From the NCBI GenBank assembly GCA_018062765.1, contig JAGORR010000001.1, forward strand, positions 356,930-420,929: a stretch of DNA of 64,000 bases. The letters run 5' to 3'. This DNA comes from Minisyncoccota bacterium. Lineage in GTDB: Bacteria > Patescibacteriota > Minisyncoccia > Phycocordibacterales > Phycocordibacteraceae. Under the pieces are notes generated by a model. It had not been told where the DNA came from and searched no databases. It saw only the letters and a program-made list of their open reading frames with translations. Both the position numbers and the translations under genes were made by a program. How positions within the stretch are numbered: the first letter of the stretch is position 1; each line of letters begins with the position of its first letter. Positions 62,558 through 64,000 of the stretch are shown here, in pieces.

Positions 62558-63526
62558 ATGCAAGGCACGGTAGTAGGAGTTCTGCGCGGCGGCCCGTCTC
62601 GCGAGCATGAGGTATCGCTTAAGTCAGGCGCTGCAATGCTCGCGCATCTGCCCGCTGATCACTACACCGTCCGCGACCTCTATATAGACAAGCGGGGAGT
62701 CTGGCATGACCGCGGGAGGGAAGTAGAGCCCATGAATGCGCTACGTTCCATCGATGTCGCCCTCTTGGGACTTCACGGGGAGTACGGAGAAGACGGACAG
62801 GTGCAGCGCCTTTTGGAGAATGCCGGGGTGCCCTATGCGGGGTCAGACTCCTTCTCTTCGCATGTAGCGATGCACAAGGCGATGACGAAGCACAGAGCGC
62901 GCGAGGCGGGCTTCCAGCTTGCGCGCGACGTGTACATCGAATCGGTAGACGGGGTGGAGGCCGGGGTGCATGACGCGATACGCGCATTTCATCAGCCGGT
63001 CGTGGTAAAGCCTGTGGGCTGGGGCTCGTCGGTGGGTGTTTCCATAGTTGCGGGTTATCAGCCTGTGCACGATGTCGTTGTGACCTTGTTTGAGGAGGGG
63101 GCTTCAGGTGTCCTTATCGAGGAACGCATCGTTGGTACAGAAGCGACTGTAGGAGTGGTCGAGAATCTTCGTGGAGAGGAGTTGTACCTATTGCCCGCAA
63201 TCGAAATCGTGCCACCACCACGCGACTTTTTTTCATACGACGCTAAATACTCGGGTTCTTCAAACGAGGTTTGCCCAGGACGCTTCTCTTCGGACGTGTC
63301 AGCGGAGTTGCGACGTCTCGCAGGCGAGGCGCACCGCATTCTAGGACTACGTCACTACTCGCGGTCTGACTTCATCGTGGCGCCCTCGGGCATTTACTAT
63401 CTTGAGACGAATACGCTCCCCGGCCTGACTTCCGAGTCACTCATGCCAAAGGGTCTTGCTGCCGTCGGCGTGTCGTTCCCTGAGTTCCTCCATCACCTCG
63501 TCGGGCTCGCAAAGCATGCGGTATGA
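62558..63526 (+). CDS. ddl: D-alanine--D-alanine ligase
   Basis: ORF track 62531..63526 starts at GTG, so ATG 62558 is used (MQGTVVGVLRGGPSREHEVSL). ATP-grasp core and LETNTLPG are present. Confidence 0.92.
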   Translation: MQGTVVGVLRGGPSREHEVSLKSGAAMLAHLPADHYTVRDLYIDKRGVWHDRGREVEPMNALRSIDVALLGLHGEYGEDGQVQRLLENAGVPYAGSDSFSSHVAMHKAMTKHRAREAGFQLARDVYIESVDGVEAGVHDAIRAFHQPVVVKPVGWGSSVGVSIVAGYQPVHDVVVTLFEEGASGVLIEERIVGTEATVGVVENLRGEELYLLPAIEIVPPPRDFFSYDAKYSGSSNEVCPGRFSSDVSAELRRLAGEAHRILGLRHYSRSDFIVAPSGIYYLETNTLPGLTSESLMPKGLAAVGVSFPEFLHHLVGLAKHAV

Positions 63527-63852
63527 GCGAGCTCGCTAGGCGCAAGTGCGTTCCGTGCGAGGGGGATTTCCCTGCGCTTACGAAGGCGCAGGCAGGGGAT
63601 TTCCTCCCGCATGTTCCGGGTTGGGAAATGAACGTAGAAGCCAAGGAGATTTCGCGAGACTATACGTTCCCGGACTTTGCCGAAGCGCTCGCATTCGTCG
63701 ACAAGGTCGGTGCGCTTGCAGAGGAGGAAGGTCACCACCCCGATATTGTCTTGTCCTGGGGAAAGGTCGGCATCCGCCTTTCCACCCATGCTGTGAAGGG
63801 CCTCTCCGAGAACGACTTCATTCTCGCAGCCAAAATCGATCTACTCGACTAG
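63523..63852 (+). CDS. pterin-4-alpha-carbinolamine dehydratase
   Basis: 109 aa. Contains EEEGHHPDI and TH...GLSENDFILAAKID. Confidence 0.88.
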   Translation: MSELARRKCVPCEGDFPALTKAQAGDFLPHVPGWEMNVEAKEISRDYTFPDFAEALAFVDKVGALAEEEGHHPDIVLSWGKVGIRLSTHAVKGLSENDFILAAKIDLLD

Positions 63853-63913
63853 TGGTGAAAAGGGGTTGGCGAGAAAACGGCGATAGGGTAAAGTTCTACC
63901 TGTCCCTATATAT

Positions 63914-63986
63914 GGGCCGTTAGCTCAGTTGGTAGAGCACCTCATTTGCAATGAGGGGGTCGCAGGTTCGAATCCTGTACGGTCCA
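63914..63986 (+). tRNA. tRNA-Ala (anticodon TGC)
   Basis: Hand-folded. Acceptor GGGCCGT/ACGGTCC with the G3:U70 identity pair. Anticodon arm CCTCA-tTTGCaa-TGAGG. T arm GCAGG-TTCGAAT-CCTGT. Confidence 0.9.
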
Positions 63987-64000
63987 CAATCAGCCAGGCG

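Noticed and set aside
1-64000. Alternative genetic code (UGA recoding, as in some reduced lineages).
   Set aside because: TGA closes several conserved or overlapping genes at the expected positions: the methyltransferase at 6710-6712, the pilin paralogue at 8462-8464, the 20860 gene at 21340-21342 and the small peptide at 53258-53260. Conserved proteins translate at full length under the standard code.
1-64000. CRISPR arrays, transposases, integrases, rRNA genes, reverse transcriptases and obvious toxin-antitoxin or restriction-modification defence cassettes.
   Set aside because: None was found on reading both strands. The only repeat families seen are the tRNA trailers, the two 40-nt palindromes and the protein paralogue families.

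Overview
The window is a gene-dense (about 90% coding), roughly 55-60% GC bacterial chromosome segment that uses the standard genetic code; TGA ends many conserved genes. Recognisable housekeeping genes are gyrA, clpB, infB, rbfA, rpmG, miaA, pyrF, parB, a rel/spoT homologue, topA, dprA, serS, dus, dnaX, tgt, uvrB, uvrA, uvrC and ddl, plus 8 tRNAs. Many of these proteins are short (IF-2 500 aa, UvrC 432 aa, DnaX 347 aa). Together with an expanded family of small two-helix pilin-like proteins, this suggests a streamlined Patescibacteria/CPR-like genome; that is inference only.

The most unusual signals are:
1. A non-coding family of 7 structured elements, each directly 3' of a tRNA gene (Leu-TAG x2, Lys, Cys, Trp, Leu-CAA x2). 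Each copy carries a segment antisense to its own tRNA's T-arm/acceptor 3' strand and ends in a mimic of that 3' end. The hairpin stems covary and the loops are conserved (AGCA, GAGTGACG/AGTGTCGACG). I do not recognise it as any named RNA family.
2. Dispersed type-IV-secretion-like parts: five tandem VirB2/TrbC-like pilin paralogues; two pilin-like N-domains fused to peptidoglycan hydrolase domains (SLT-like and peptidase M15/VanY-like); and a soluble TraD/VirD4-like ATPase followed by a 1267-aa low-complexity protein.
3. Two copies of a perfect 40-nt palindrome that differ by one compensatory base-pair change.

Smaller oddities:
- two operons of SPFH-like membrane proteins
- a lipoprotein paralogue interrupted by an in-frame TAG
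- uvrB, uvrA and uvrC clustered around a two-component system
- a catalytically degenerate PurE-like protein
- about 900 bp of unassigned non-coding sequence at the left edge

No rRNA, CRISPR array, transposase or integrase was seen.
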